Assembly: GCA_965221125.1 (NCBI GenBank)
Contig: CBDCRW010000007.1
Span: 128,001 to 192,000, forward strand
Source: Alphaproteobacteria bacterium
GTDB lineage: Bacteria; Pseudomonadota; Alphaproteobacteria; UBA828
Direction of reading: 5' to 3'
DNA: 64,000 nt
Position numbers and translations under genes: made by a program. This document shows positions 30,490 through 40,427 of the stretch, piece by piece (positions within the stretch are counted from its first letter, which is position 1; each line of letters starts with the position of its first letter). The notes below the pieces were generated by a model. The model did not search any database and had not been told where the DNA came from. It worked only from the letters and a program-made list of their open reading frames with translations.

Positions 30490-31677
30490 ATGCTCACCAG
30501 CGACGACCGCATGCTCACCACCCACGCGGGCAGCCTGCCCCGGCCGCCGGAACTCGAAGCGCTGCTCATCGAGCGCGAGCGCGGCGAGGCCTTCGACCAA
30601 GCGGCCTTCGAACAGGCGGTCGCCGACGGCATCGACTGGGTCGTCGCCAAGCAGCTCGAAAGCGGCGTCGATATCGGCTGCGACGGCGAGGAATCGCGTG
30701 TGGGGTTCCAGACCTACGTGCCGCAGCGCATGTCCGGCTTCGGCGGCGAATCCCAGCGCAACATGCTCACCGACATGGTCAAGTTCCCTGGTTACGCGGC
30801 GATGTTCACCGAGCGCACCTGGAGCCGGGACAAGGAACGGCCGAAGGTCTGGAACGCGCCGCAGGCCCAGACCGCGGTCCAGTACGAACCCGACCTCGGC
30901 GACGTGAGCTTCGAGCTTGCGCAGTTCGCGGCGTCGCTGGAGCGCTCGGAAGGTGCCTTCGCCGAGACGTTCATGACCGCCGCCTCGCCCGGCATCGTGT
31001 CCACCACCATGCTGCGCGCCGACGACAATCCCGACTATCCGCGCGACGAGGATTACGTCATGGCGCTCGGGCACGAGCTCAAGAAGGAATACGACGCGAT
31101 CGTCGCCGCGGGGCATCTGCTGCAGATCGACGCCCCCGACCTCGCCATGGAGCGCCAGTTCATGTTCCAAGACCGCCCGCTCGACGAGTTCCTGGAGCGC
31201 GTCGCCCTGCACATCAGGGCGCTCAACGTGGCCGTCGCCGACATCCCGGCGGAGAAGTCCCGCCTCCACGTCTGCTTCGGCAATTGGGACGGGCCCCATA
31301 TCGACGACTGCGACCTCGCGCCCCTCCTGCCGCTGATCTACGAGGCCAAGGTCGGCGCACTCAGCATCGCCTGCGCCAACCCGCGCCATCAGCACGAGTG
31401 GAAGGCGATCAAGGCGAACCCGCCGCCCGCACCCATGATCCTGATCCCCGGCGTGATCGACGTGACCACCAACTATCTGGAGCACCCGGAAGTGGTGGCC
31501 GACCGCATCTGCCTCTATGCGGAGGTGATGGGGGACGCGCGGCGCGTGATCGCCGGAACGGACTGCGGCTTCAGCACCTTCGCGAGCTACCAGTTCGTGG
31601 CCGACGACGTGGTCTGGGCGAAGCTCCGCATGCTGGCGGACGGCGCCCGGCTCGCCACCCGGCGGCTCTGGGGGTAG
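30490..31677 (+). CDS. Cobalamin-independent methionine synthase II family protein (catalytic domain only)
   Basis: TTHAGSLPRP, DGE, LQIDAPD, Zn ligands in HVC and GTDCGF, NPRHQHE. Confidence 0.87.
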   Translation: MLTSDDRMLTTHAGSLPRPPELEALLIERERGEAFDQAAFEQAVADGIDWVVAKQLESGVDIGCDGEESRVGFQTYVPQRMSGFGGESQRNMLTDMVKFPGYAAMFTERTWSRDKERPKVWNAPQAQTAVQYEPDLGDVSFELAQFAASLERSEGAFAETFMTAASPGIVSTTMLRADDNPDYPRDEDYVMALGHELKKEYDAIVAAGHLLQIDAPDLAMERQFMFQDRPLDEFLERVALHIRALNVAVADIPAEKSRLHVCFGNWDGPHIDDCDLAPLLPLIYEAKVGALSIACANPRHQHEWKAIKANPPPAPMILIPGVIDVTTNYLEHPEVVADRICLYAEVMGDARRVIAGTDCGFSTFASYQFVADDVVWAKLRMLADGARLATRRLWG

Positions 31678-31755
31678 CCCGCACTTCTCACCAAGGTCTG
31701 GTGAGGCGGGAGCGGGGCGGCCGAGAGCCCGGCGAGAGACCCGCGCCGCCCGGTT

Positions 31756-33351
31756 TCAATCGTTGAGGATCAGGTCGGAGCCCTTCTCGCCGACCATGAT
31801 GCTCGGCGCGTTGGTGTTGGCGCTCGGCACGATCGGCATGATCGAGGCATCGACCACGCGGAGCCCGCCCACGCCGCGCACCCGGAGCTCCGGGTCGACC
31901 ACCGCCTTCTCGTCGATCCCCATGGTGCAGGTGCCGACGGGATGATAGGCCGGCAGCGTGTACTGGCGGACGTAGGCCTCGAGCTCCTCGTCGCTCCGCA
32001 CCTCGGGCCCCGGCAGGAACAGGCCCTGGAAGTGCGGCTTGAATGCCTTGCTCTCGAAGATCGCGCGCGAGATCTTGCAGCCGTCCACCATGCGCCTCAC
32101 GTCATCCTCGTCGTCCAGCAGCTTCGAGAAGATGCGCGGCGGCTCGCTGGGGTCGGCCGAGCGGAGAGTGAGCCGGCTGCGGCTCTTCGGGCGGCAGACG
32201 TTGACCGGGATGGTGATGCCCGGCCGCTCCAGCAGCTTGATCCCGTCGGGGCCGAACTCGTAGCCGGTCGGCGTGAAGTGAAGCTGGATGTCGGGCCTCG
32301 ATTCCTCCTCCGGCCGGGTGCGGAGGAAGGCCACCGCCTGGGCGATGGGGCTCGCGGCCGGCCCCTTGCCCCGCAGCAGCCAGTTGAGGCCGTGGCGCAC
32401 CCAGCCCGATGGCGTGACCTCGGTGTTGTAGGTGCTGACATTGACGTAGCCCGCCACCCAGGCGACGGGATGCTCCTGCAGGTTGTTGCCGACCCCCGGC
32501 GAATCGGCGACCACGGAGATGCCGAACGCGCCAAGCTCGGCTGCCGGCCCGATGCCTGAGCGCAGCAGGATCGCCGGCGAGGCGATGGCGCCGGCGGAAA
32601 GGACGATCTCGCCGTCGGCCGTGGCCTCGCGCGTCTCGCCGCCCCGGCTGTAGACGACCGTGCGCGCGCGGCCGTCCTCGAACAGGACCCTGTCCACCCG
32701 CGCCTCGGTCTCGACGCTCAGGTTCGGCCGGTCCATCACCGGCCGGAGGAAGGCGCGCGCGGTGCTGTTGCGCCGCCCGAAGCGGATCGAGCCCTGGTTG
32801 GGTCCGATGCCTTCCTGACGCTCGCCGTTGACGTCCGGGTTGAAGGGGTAGCCGAGCTCCTTGCCCGCCTCGTAGAAGACGCGGACCAGCGGATGCGGCG
32901 TCGGCACGTCGGAGACGACGAGCGGGCCGCCGTCGCCGTGATACTCGCTCGGGCCGAGCGGGTTGGTCTCCATGCGCTTGAAGTAGGGCAGCACGTCGCG
33001 GTAGCTCCACGCGCCGGTGTTGCCGACGAGCCGCGCCCAGTCGTCGTAGTCCTCGTGCTGGCCGCGCAGGTAGATCATGCCGTTGATGGAGCTGGAGCCG
33101 CCGAGCACCTTGCCGCCGGGCCACATGGCATCGCGGCCGTTGAGCGAGGGATCGGGTTCGCTCATGTACATCCAGTTGAAGCGGGGATTGAGAATGGCCT
33201 TGATCTCGCCGGCGGGGACGCGGACCACCGGCGAGGTGTCGTTGCCGCCGCCTTCCAGCAGCAGGACCTTGTTCTTCGGATTGGCCGACAGACGATGCGC
33301 CAGCACGCACCCGGCCGATCCTGCGCCGACGATGATGTAATCCCACGCCAT
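31756..33351 (-). CDS. GMC family oxidoreductase (choline dehydrogenase-like)
   Basis: DYIIVGAGSAG, GKVLGGSSSINGM, YHPVGT, GLRVVDASIMP, NTNAP. Confidence 0.92.
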   Translation of the reverse strand: MAWDYIIVGAGSAGCVLAHRLSANPKNKVLLLEGGGNDTSPVVRVPAGEIKAILNPRFNWMYMSEPDPSLNGRDAMWPGGKVLGGSSSINGMIYLRGQHEDYDDWARLVGNTGAWSYRDVLPYFKRMETNPLGPSEYHGDGGPLVVSDVPTPHPLVRVFYEAGKELGYPFNPDVNGERQEGIGPNQGSIRFGRRNSTARAFLRPVMDRPNLSVETEARVDRVLFEDGRARTVVYSRGGETREATADGEIVLSAGAIASPAILLRSGIGPAAELGAFGISVVADSPGVGNNLQEHPVAWVAGYVNVSTYNTEVTPSGWVRHGLNWLLRGKGPAASPIAQAVAFLRTRPEEESRPDIQLHFTPTGYEFGPDGIKLLERPGITIPVNVCRPKSRSRLTLRSADPSEPPRIFSKLLDDEDDVRRMVDGCKISRAIFESKAFKPHFQGLFLPGPEVRSDEELEAYVRQYTLPAYHPVGTCTMGIDEKAVVDPELRVRGVGGLRVVDASIMPIVPSANTNAPSIMVGEKGSDLILND

Positions 33352-33430
33352 CCTGTTCCCTCCACGCATTGCGCCCGTCTCGCGAGCGCCTAGTGTCGCC
33401 CGCCGAAGGCGTGCGGGCAAAGGCGGCGGG

Positions 33431-35878
33431 CTAGGCCTTGATGCGGCTGGAGGCGGGGTCGTAGAGGGGGCGCAGCGAGGCCCTGGCGGGGTAGCGCACG
33501 CCCGCGACCTCGATCTCGTAGCGGCCGGCGTTCACGTGGTCCGCGTCCACGCCCGCCTCGTTCTCGACATAGCCGAGGCCGATGGCGCCGCCGAGGGTAT
33601 GGCCGTACATGCCTGAGCGGATGTAGCCGGCAATGGCATCGTCCCGCCAGATCGGCTCGTTGTGGTAGAGCAGCGGCTCGGGGTCCTCTAGAAGGAACTG
33701 GACGAGGCGCTGGCGCACGCCCGCCTCCCGCTGGCGCAGCAGCGCGTCGCGGCCGACGAGGCCGCCCGGCTTGTCCAGCTTGACCGCGAAGCCGAGGCCC
33801 GCCTCCAGCGGCGTGTCGGCGTCGGTGATGTCGTGGCCGTAGTGGCGGTACGCCTTCTCGATCCTGAGCGAGTTCATGGCGTGCATGCCGACGTGGCGGA
33901 GCCCCACGTCCTCGCCCGCCTCCACCAAAGCGTCGTAGATGCCGGCGGCGAACTCGGTCGGGATGTAGAGCTCCCAGCCGAGCTCGCCCACGTAGGTGAT
34001 GCGCGACGCGCGGGCGCAGCCCAGGCCAAGCTCGATCTCCCGGCTGGCGCCGAAGGGGAAGGCCTCGCTGCCGAGATCGTCCGGGCTGAGCGACTGCAGC
34101 AAGTCGCGGGACCGCGGACCCATGACGCCGAGCACGGCGATCCCGGAGGTGACGTCGGTGAGCACCGCGTGCGCGCCCTCAGGCGTGTGGCGCCGGAGCC
34201 ATAGAGCGTCCCGCACCTGGAACTCGCCGGAGGTCACGATCAGGTAGTCGTCCTCCGCGAGCCTGGTGACGGTGAGGTCGGCCTCGATTCCGCCCGCCTC
34301 GTTGAGCCACTGGGTGTAGACGATGCGGCCCGGCGGCACGTCCACCTCGTTGGCCGAGACCCGGCCGAGGACCTTCGCGGCGTCGCGGCCCTGCAGGCGG
34401 AACTTGGCGAACGAGGTCTGGTCGAAGAGGCCCACCCCCTCCCGCACCGCCCGGTGCTCCTCGGCGCTCGCGTCGAACCAGTTCTGCCGGCCAAAGCTGT
34501 ATTCGTAGCGGAGCTCCATGCCGTCCGCCGCGTACCAGTTGGGCCGTTCCCAGCCGAAGGCCTCGCCGTGGCAGGCCCCGCGGGCGGCGAGACGATCGTG
34601 GAAGGGCGAGCGGCGCACGCCGCGCGCGGTCGCGTACTGGCGGAAGGGCCAGTGGTTGTCGTAGAGGAGGCCCAGCGTCTCGCTCACCCGCTCGCGCAGG
34701 TAGCGGCGGTTGGTCTGGAACGGCAGGTTGCGGCGTATGTCCACGTCCCACATGTCGAGGAGCGGCCGTCCGGTCTTGATGCACTCGGCCAGCACCTTGC
34801 CGGCGCCGCCGGCCGACTGGATGCCGATGGAGTTGAACCCGGCCGCGACGTAGCAGCCGGCAAGCCCCGGCGCCTCGCCCAGATGGTAGCGATCGTCCGG
34901 GGTAAAACTCTCGGGCCCGCAGAAGAAGGTCTGGATGCCGGCGTCCGCCAGTGCCGGCATGCGCTTCAGTGCCTGCATCAGCACCGGCTCGAAGTGGTCG
35001 TAGTCGTCCGGCAGCTGGTCGAAGGAAAAATCCTCGGGGATCCCGTCCATGCCCCAGGGCTTGGCGTCGGGCTCGAAGGCGCCGAGCAGGATCTTGCCCG
35101 CGTCCTCCTTGTAGTAGGCGCAGCCGTCGTAGTCGCGCAGCACCGGCAGGTCCGGCGTCACGCCCTCGAACGGGTCGGTCATCACGTAGAAGTGCTCGCA
35201 GGCGTGGAGCGGCACGTGGACGCCGACGGTGGCCGCAAGCGCGCGGGTCCACATGCCCGCGGAGAGCACCACCGTCTCCGCCGCAATCGCGCCCGCCTCG
35301 GTCTCGACGCCGGTGATCCGCTCGCCGTCGTGGCGGATGGCGGTGACGGGCGTGTTCTCGCGGACGAGCACGCCTGCGTCGCGCGCGCCCTTGGCCATCG
35401 CGCGGGTCACGTCGATGGGATTGGCCTGGCCGTCGGAGGGGATGAAGATGCCGCCCACCACGTCGTCAACGGCGATCAGCGGGTAGCGCTCCTTGATCTC
35501 GTTGGGCCTGAGCACGTCGACGCGGAGGTCGAACACCTTGGCCATCGAGGCGCTCCGCTTCAGTTCGTCGAAGCGGCCTTGCGTCGTGGCGAGCGAGATC
35601 GAGCCGTTCTGCTTGAAGCCCGTCGCCTGGCCGGTCTCGGCCTCGAGGCCGGTGTAGAGCTCGGCGGTGTACTTGGCGAGCTCGGTCATCCGCTTGGACG
35701 GGCGGAGCTGGCCGATGAGCCCGGCGGCGTGCCAGGTGGTGCCGCAGGTGAGCTCGCGGCGCTCCAGCAGCACCACGTCGGAGACACCGGCGCGCGCCAG
35801 GTGATAGGCGACGGAGCAGCCCACCACCCCGCCGCCGACGATGACGACTCTGGCCGAACGCGGCAGGTCGGCAGCCAT
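33431..35878 (-). CDS. FAD-dependent GcvT-family dehydrogenase (dimethylglycine/sarcosine dehydrogenase-like)
   Basis: GGGVVG, GTTWHAAG (covalent FAD His), GPESFTPD, GWERPNWY, TYVGELGWE, folate-binding C-terminus. Confidence 0.92.
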   Translation of the reverse strand: MAADLPRSARVVIVGGGVVGCSVAYHLARAGVSDVVLLERRELTCGTTWHAAGLIGQLRPSKRMTELAKYTAELYTGLEAETGQATGFKQNGSISLATTQGRFDELKRSASMAKVFDLRVDVLRPNEIKERYPLIAVDDVVGGIFIPSDGQANPIDVTRAMAKGARDAGVLVRENTPVTAIRHDGERITGVETEAGAIAAETVVLSAGMWTRALAATVGVHVPLHACEHFYVMTDPFEGVTPDLPVLRDYDGCAYYKEDAGKILLGAFEPDAKPWGMDGIPEDFSFDQLPDDYDHFEPVLMQALKRMPALADAGIQTFFCGPESFTPDDRYHLGEAPGLAGCYVAAGFNSIGIQSAGGAGKVLAECIKTGRPLLDMWDVDIRRNLPFQTNRRYLRERVSETLGLLYDNHWPFRQYATARGVRRSPFHDRLAARGACHGEAFGWERPNWYAADGMELRYEYSFGRQNWFDASAEEHRAVREGVGLFDQTSFAKFRLQGRDAAKVLGRVSANEVDVPPGRIVYTQWLNEAGGIEADLTVTRLAEDDYLIVTSGEFQVRDALWLRRHTPEGAHAVLTDVTSGIAVLGVMGPRSRDLLQSLSPDDLGSEAFPFGASREIELGLGCARASRITYVGELGWELYIPTEFAAGIYDALVEAGEDVGLRHVGMHAMNSLRIEKAYRHYGHDITDADTPLEAGLGFAVKLDKPGGLVGRDALLRQREAGVRQRLVQFLLEDPEPLLYHNEPIWRDDAIAGYIRSGMYGHTLGGAIGLGYVENEAGVDADHVNAGRYEIEVAGVRYPARASLRPLYDPASSRIKA

Positions 35879-36549
35879 CAGGAGGCCCTCGTCGCTCTTG
35901 TGGGCGCGAGCTGCCTGATCTCACTCAGCGCGGAGTCGAGGTCGCGCACCTCGGCCCAGCCGACCCGCATCATCTCGATGGCGGGCGCGTGCAGGTGCGG
36001 CAGCGTCGTGCCCGTACACTCCTCGATCACGATGGGCTTGAAGTCGCGGAACATCGCGTCCTTCGAGGTTGCCGCGACGCATTGATTGGTGAGCACGCCG
36101 GTCATCAGCACCGTCTCCGCCCCGATCCCCCGCAAGACCACCTCCAGGTCCGTGCCGTAGAAGGCGCTGAGCCGCGTCTTCGCGACATACCAGTCGTCGG
36201 GCTGGGGGCTAAGCTCCGCCAGCACCTCCCAGCCCCAGGTCTCGCGCCTGAGCCCGCCGTCGGCGAGGAACGGGCGGAGCTGCATGAACGGCCCGCCGTC
36301 CTCCACGCCCCGGATGCCGTGCCGGGTCCAGACGATGGGGATGCCCTTCGCGCGGGCGGCGCCAACGAGCGCCTTCAGCGGCTCGATGCAGCGCTGCATG
36401 TGGCCGATGTCGATGCCCCGCGCCGAATACCAGCCCTCGGGGTGCAGAAAATCGTTCTGCGCGTCGATGACGACGAGCGCCGTTCCCCCCGGCACGAGGT
36501 CCCAGTGCGCCGCCTCGAAGGGCGCGGCCTGCGTCGCTTCGTCCGTCAT
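35878..36549 (-). CDS. Isochorismatase-family cysteine hydrolase
   Basis: Triad D (IDAQNDF), K (KTRLSAF), C (TNQCV); stop overlaps the next start codon. Confidence 0.88.
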   Translation of the reverse strand: MTDEATQAAPFEAAHWDLVPGGTALVVIDAQNDFLHPEGWYSARGIDIGHMQRCIEPLKALVGAARAKGIPIVWTRHGIRGVEDGGPFMQLRPFLADGGLRRETWGWEVLAELSPQPDDWYVAKTRLSAFYGTDLEVVLRGIGAETVLMTGVLTNQCVAATSKDAMFRDFKPIVIEECTGTTLPHLHAPAIEMMRVGWAEVRDLDSALSEIRQLAPTRATRAS

Positions 36550-36684
36550 CGCCTGCCCCTGCCTTGCCCCCGTGCCGTCCGCCGCGGGGAGCCTATCACC
36601 CGGCCGTGCAAAGTTTGAGGGCGCCCGGCGCGGGGCGGCGGCTTCACGTGTCAGTGCCGGCGAAATGGCGTATTCCCGGTCCCC

Positions 36685-37911
36685 ATGAGCGGGGGCGCAG
36701 GCGGCAGAGGCGGCAGCGCGGGGCGGGAGCCCGCGGCGCGCGTCTTCGCGGCGTTCCTGCTGCTGGGGCTCACCTCGTTCGGCGGGCCGGTGGCGCACAT
36801 CGGCTACTTCCGCGAGGCCTTCGTCGCGCGCCGGCACTGGATCGAGGACCGCGCCTATGCGGACCTCGTCGCGCTCTGCCAGATGCTGCCGGGGCCAACC
36901 TCGAGCCAGGTGGGCATCGGCATCGGGCTCGCGAAGGCCGGCCTGCCCGGCGCCGTGGCCGCGTGGGTGGGCTTCACGCTCCCCTCGGCCGTCCTCATGG
37001 TGGCTTTCGGCTACGGCGTCGCGGCCTACGAAGAGGCGATCCCCGCCGGCGCCCTGCAGGGGTTGAAGGTGGTCGCCGCAGCGGTGGTCGCGCAGGCGGT
37101 CTGGGGCATGGCGCGCACCCTCTGCCCCGATGCGCCGCGCGCCACGGTGGCGGTGCTCGCCGCCATCGCCGCCGTGCTGGCACCCTCAGTGGTCACGCAC
37201 GTCGCGATCATCGCCGCAGGCGCGCTTGCGGGCGTGCTCGTCCTGCGCCCGGCCTCCGACGCCGGCGACGCGTCGCTCGGGATCGCCGTGGACAGGCGGC
37301 TCGCCGTCCTGCTGCTCGCGCTCTTCCTCGCCCTGCTTGCCGCGCTGCCGATCCTCGCCGCCGCCTGGCCGGCCGAGGCATTGCAACTGGTGGACGGCTT
37401 CTACCGCTCCGCCTCCCTGGTCTTCGGCGGCGGGCACGTTCTGCTGCCGCTGCTGCAGGCGGAGGTGGTGCCGCCCGGCTGGGTCGCGAACGAGACCTTC
37501 ATCGCGGGCTACGGCGCCGCCCAGGCGGTGCCGGGGCCGCTCTTCACCTTCGCCGCCTACTTGGGCGCCGTCGCGGGCATCGGGCCGGGCGGCGTGTCGG
37601 GCGGACTGCTCTGCCTCGCCGCGGTCTTCCTGCCTTCGTTCCTCCTGGTGGTGGGCGCGCTCCCCTTCTGGGAGCGGCTCAGGCGCGTCGCGCTGGCAGA
37701 CCGCGCGATGCTGGGCGTGAACGCGGCGGTGGTGGGGCTGCTCGGCGCCGCCTTCTACGACCCGATCTGGATCGGCGGCATCCGCACGCCGGCTGACCTC
37801 GCGCTCGGGCTCGCGGCCTTCGTGCTGCTTGCCTTCTGGAAGGTGCCGCCCTGGGCCGTGGTGATCCTGGGCGCGCTGGCCGGTTGGGGGATCGATGCCC
37901 TCCAAGGCTGA
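36685..37911 (+). CDS. chrA: Chromate efflux transporter, long-chain CHR family
   Basis: SFGGPVAH, LPGPTSSQ, FGGGHV, AQAVPGPLF. Confidence 0.9.
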   Translation: MSGGAGGRGGSAGREPAARVFAAFLLLGLTSFGGPVAHIGYFREAFVARRHWIEDRAYADLVALCQMLPGPTSSQVGIGIGLAKAGLPGAVAAWVGFTLPSAVLMVAFGYGVAAYEEAIPAGALQGLKVVAAAVVAQAVWGMARTLCPDAPRATVAVLAAIAAVLAPSVVTHVAIIAAGALAGVLVLRPASDAGDASLGIAVDRRLAVLLLALFLALLAALPILAAAWPAEALQLVDGFYRSASLVFGGGHVLLPLLQAEVVPPGWVANETFIAGYGAAQAVPGPLFTFAAYLGAVAGIGPGGVSGGLLCLAAVFLPSFLLVVGALPFWERLRRVALADRAMLGVNAAVVGLLGAAFYDPIWIGGIRTPADLALGLAAFVLLAFWKVPPWAVVILGALAGWGIDALQG

Positions 37912-39190
37912 GCCGCCGACCGCCACAGGCCGGCCGCCGCGCGGGCTGGATCCGCTCATTGCGGTCATCGTCTGCTTCGGTGCGGTCTTCATCCTGAGCC
38001 AGTTCTTCCGCGCCTCCAACGCTGTCATCGCCAAGACGCTCAGCGCCGAGTTCGGGCTTTCGCCGGAGGCTTTGGGTCTGCTCACCGGCCTGTTCTTCCT
38101 CTCCTTCGGTGCGGCGCAGATCCCCGTGGGCATGCTGTTCGACCGCTTCGGCGCGCGCCGCACGGCGCCCGTGGTGCTCACCGCGGCGATCGCGGGCTCG
38201 ATCCTCTACGGCCTGGCGGACGGCGAGGCGATGCTGATGGCGGGCCGCCTGCTGCTGGGCCTCGGCTGCTCGGTGGTGCTGATGGGCTCGCTCTTTCTCT
38301 TCGGCCAGTGGGCGCCGGCCGCGTCCTTCAGCACCTGGATGGGGCGAATGATCGCCATCGGCGGCGCCGGCGGCCTGCTGTCGACGACGCCGCTCGCCGC
38401 CATCGCCGATGCCCTCGGCTGGCGCGTGGCCTTCTGGGGCGCGGCGGGGCTGACCGCGGCGGGCGCCATCGCCATCTACGCGCTGGCGCGGGACCGCCCG
38501 TCCCCGGATGGCGGAGGCGCGGCCCCTGCAGAGGGGTTGCGCGAGAGCCTGCGCGGCGTCCGCGCGGCGCTGGCGACGCCGGGGTTCCCGACGCTCACGC
38601 TCATGGGGTTCGCGTCCTATCCGGTGGTCATCACCGTCCTCGGCCTCTGGGGCGGACCCTTTCTCGCGGACCGGCACGGGCTCGAGCCGGTGGAGGCCGG
38701 CAACGCGCTCCTGGTGATGGCGGCCACGCTGATCGTGGCGAACCTCGTGCTGGGTCCGCTGGAGCGCAGGCTGGACATGCGCAAGTGGCTCATCCTCGCC
38801 CTTGCCGCCGTCGTCATCGCGGCATTAGGGTTGCTCGCCGCGCTGCCGGCGCTCCCCACCTGGGCGGTGATCCTCCTCCTCGCCCTCGTCGGCGCCTGCG
38901 GGTCGTACAACATCATGCTCGCAGGCCACGCACGCTCGCTACTGCCCGACCGGCTGGCCGGGCGCGGCATGGCGCTCATGGCGATCGCCTTCATGGGCGG
39001 GCCCGCGGTGCTACAGGCGCTGGGCGGCGTGATCGTCGGCGCCTTCCCCGCGACGGAGGGTGCTGCGCCAGCCATCGCCTACCAGGCGCTCTTCGCCTTC
39101 CTCGCAGGCCTGGTGACGCTGGCCTGCCTCGCCTACCTGCGAATTCCGGACGCGAAGCCGAGCGCCGGGTTCGCCACGGACGAAGCCTGA
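37895..39190 (+). CDS. MFS transporter
   Basis: About 12 hydrophobic segments; motif A GMLFDRFGAR. Confidence 0.88.
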   Translation: MPSKAEPPTATGRPPRGLDPLIAVIVCFGAVFILSQFFRASNAVIAKTLSAEFGLSPEALGLLTGLFFLSFGAAQIPVGMLFDRFGARRTAPVVLTAAIAGSILYGLADGEAMLMAGRLLLGLGCSVVLMGSLFLFGQWAPAASFSTWMGRMIAIGGAGGLLSTTPLAAIADALGWRVAFWGAAGLTAAGAIAIYALARDRPSPDGGGAAPAEGLRESLRGVRAALATPGFPTLTLMGFASYPVVITVLGLWGGPFLADRHGLEPVEAGNALLVMAATLIVANLVLGPLERRLDMRKWLILALAAVVIAALGLLAALPALPTWAVILLLALVGACGSYNIMLAGHARSLLPDRLAGRGMALMAIAFMGGPAVLQALGGVIVGAFPATEGAAPAIAYQALFAFLAGLVTLACLAYLRIPDAKPSAGFATDEA

Positions 39191-39200
39191 TCGGGCCGGC

Positions 39201-40328
39201 TCAGCGCAGCGTGTCGATCACCGCGGCCAGCGCGTCGAGGCAGCTCCGGCCGAGGCGCTGGCTGCGCGCCGGCGACCAGCCATGGCGGGGGTCCGGCGCG
39301 TTCGCCGCGTCCTTGAACGGCATCTCCAGGGTCATGGCGAGGCAGCGATAAGTCTCCGCCACGTGGTTGGCGCAGATGGCGAGGTTGGCCTTGCCGGGCG
39401 GCGTCACCCCATAGCCGTGCTCGGTCTGGAACTCCGGGTTCGCCGCCACGAGCGCCGCCTGGAAGCGCGCAAGATTTTGGGCCAGCGCGTCGCTGTAGGA
39501 GGGGATTCCCTCAGGCCCGGCGATGAAGTTGTAGGGCAGCGCCTCGTCGCCGTGCACGTCGAGGCAGAAGTCGACGCCGGTGCGCGCCATTTCGGCGCCG
39601 ACGAGATGGACCTCCGGGCTCTCCGCCATGCTGGGCGCGGCCCAGGCGCGGTTGAGGTTGATGCCCGCCGCGTTGGTTCTGAGGTGCCCGCGCCGGCTAC
39701 CGTCGGGGTTCATGTTGGGCACGACGAAGAAGCGCGCCTTCTCCAGCAGCGTCCGGGCGCACGCGTCGGCGGGGTCGAGCAGCCGGTCGAGAAATCCCTC
39801 CATCCACCACTCGGCCATGGTCTCGCCGGGGTGCTGGCGCGCGATGACCCAGCACGTGCGCGGCCCTGCCCCGCCGATCTCCAGCAGGTCCAGCGGCGCG
39901 CCGTCGAGGGTCTCGCCCAGCCGCCGCGCGGTGACAAGCGGCGATCCCTTCGCCCGCGCGACGAGCGCGTCGTGGCGCGCCATCGGGTAGGGCGCGAAGT
40001 AGGCGAAGCGCACCTCATCGCCGGCAGGCCGGTGGCGGATGGTCAGCACCGTGCCGTCGTATTCGGTCCTGACGCGGGGCCAGTCCTCGCCGTCCTCCGA
40101 GGCGCAGGCGCGGTAGTCGCGCCAGCCGTCGGGGTAGGTCGCGCCGCCGGCGTTCTCGATCCTGAGCACGCAGTCCCTGCCCGCGGCGCCGCGAACCCGG
40201 AAGCAGAACCACTGGAAGAACTGCCCGCCCGCGTCCGGCACGATCTCCAGCCTGATCCTGTCGGGCGCCGGCGCCGCGAGGCAGCGGATGTTGCCGCCGT
40301 CGAAGTCGCTGTCGATGGAGAGGGTCAC
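39201..40328 (-). CDS. M14 cytosolic-type zinc carboxypeptidase
   Basis: FDGGN, ARQHPGE, NPDG, NLNR, DVHGDE, TLEMPF; GTG start chosen. Confidence 0.9.
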   Translation of the reverse strand: MTLSIDSDFDGGNIRCLAAPAPDRIRLEIVPDAGGQFFQWFCFRVRGAAGRDCVLRIENAGGATYPDGWRDYRACASEDGEDWPRVRTEYDGTVLTIRHRPAGDEVRFAYFAPYPMARHDALVARAKGSPLVTARRLGETLDGAPLDLLEIGGAGPRTCWVIARQHPGETMAEWWMEGFLDRLLDPADACARTLLEKARFFVVPNMNPDGSRRGHLRTNAAGINLNRAWAAPSMAESPEVHLVGAEMARTGVDFCLDVHGDEALPYNFIAGPEGIPSYSDALAQNLARFQAALVAANPEFQTEHGYGVTPPGKANLAICANHVAETYRCLAMTLEMPFKDAANAPDPRHGWSPARSQRLGRSCLDALAAVIDTLR

Positions 40329-40427
40329 GTCTGCCCTTGCCTGCTTGCGCTTCTCGCCGCCGGATGCTGCGATCCCGCGTTCCAGCCAGGACACATATCA
40401 GATTGGGACCAGCAAGGAAGGGCAGCG

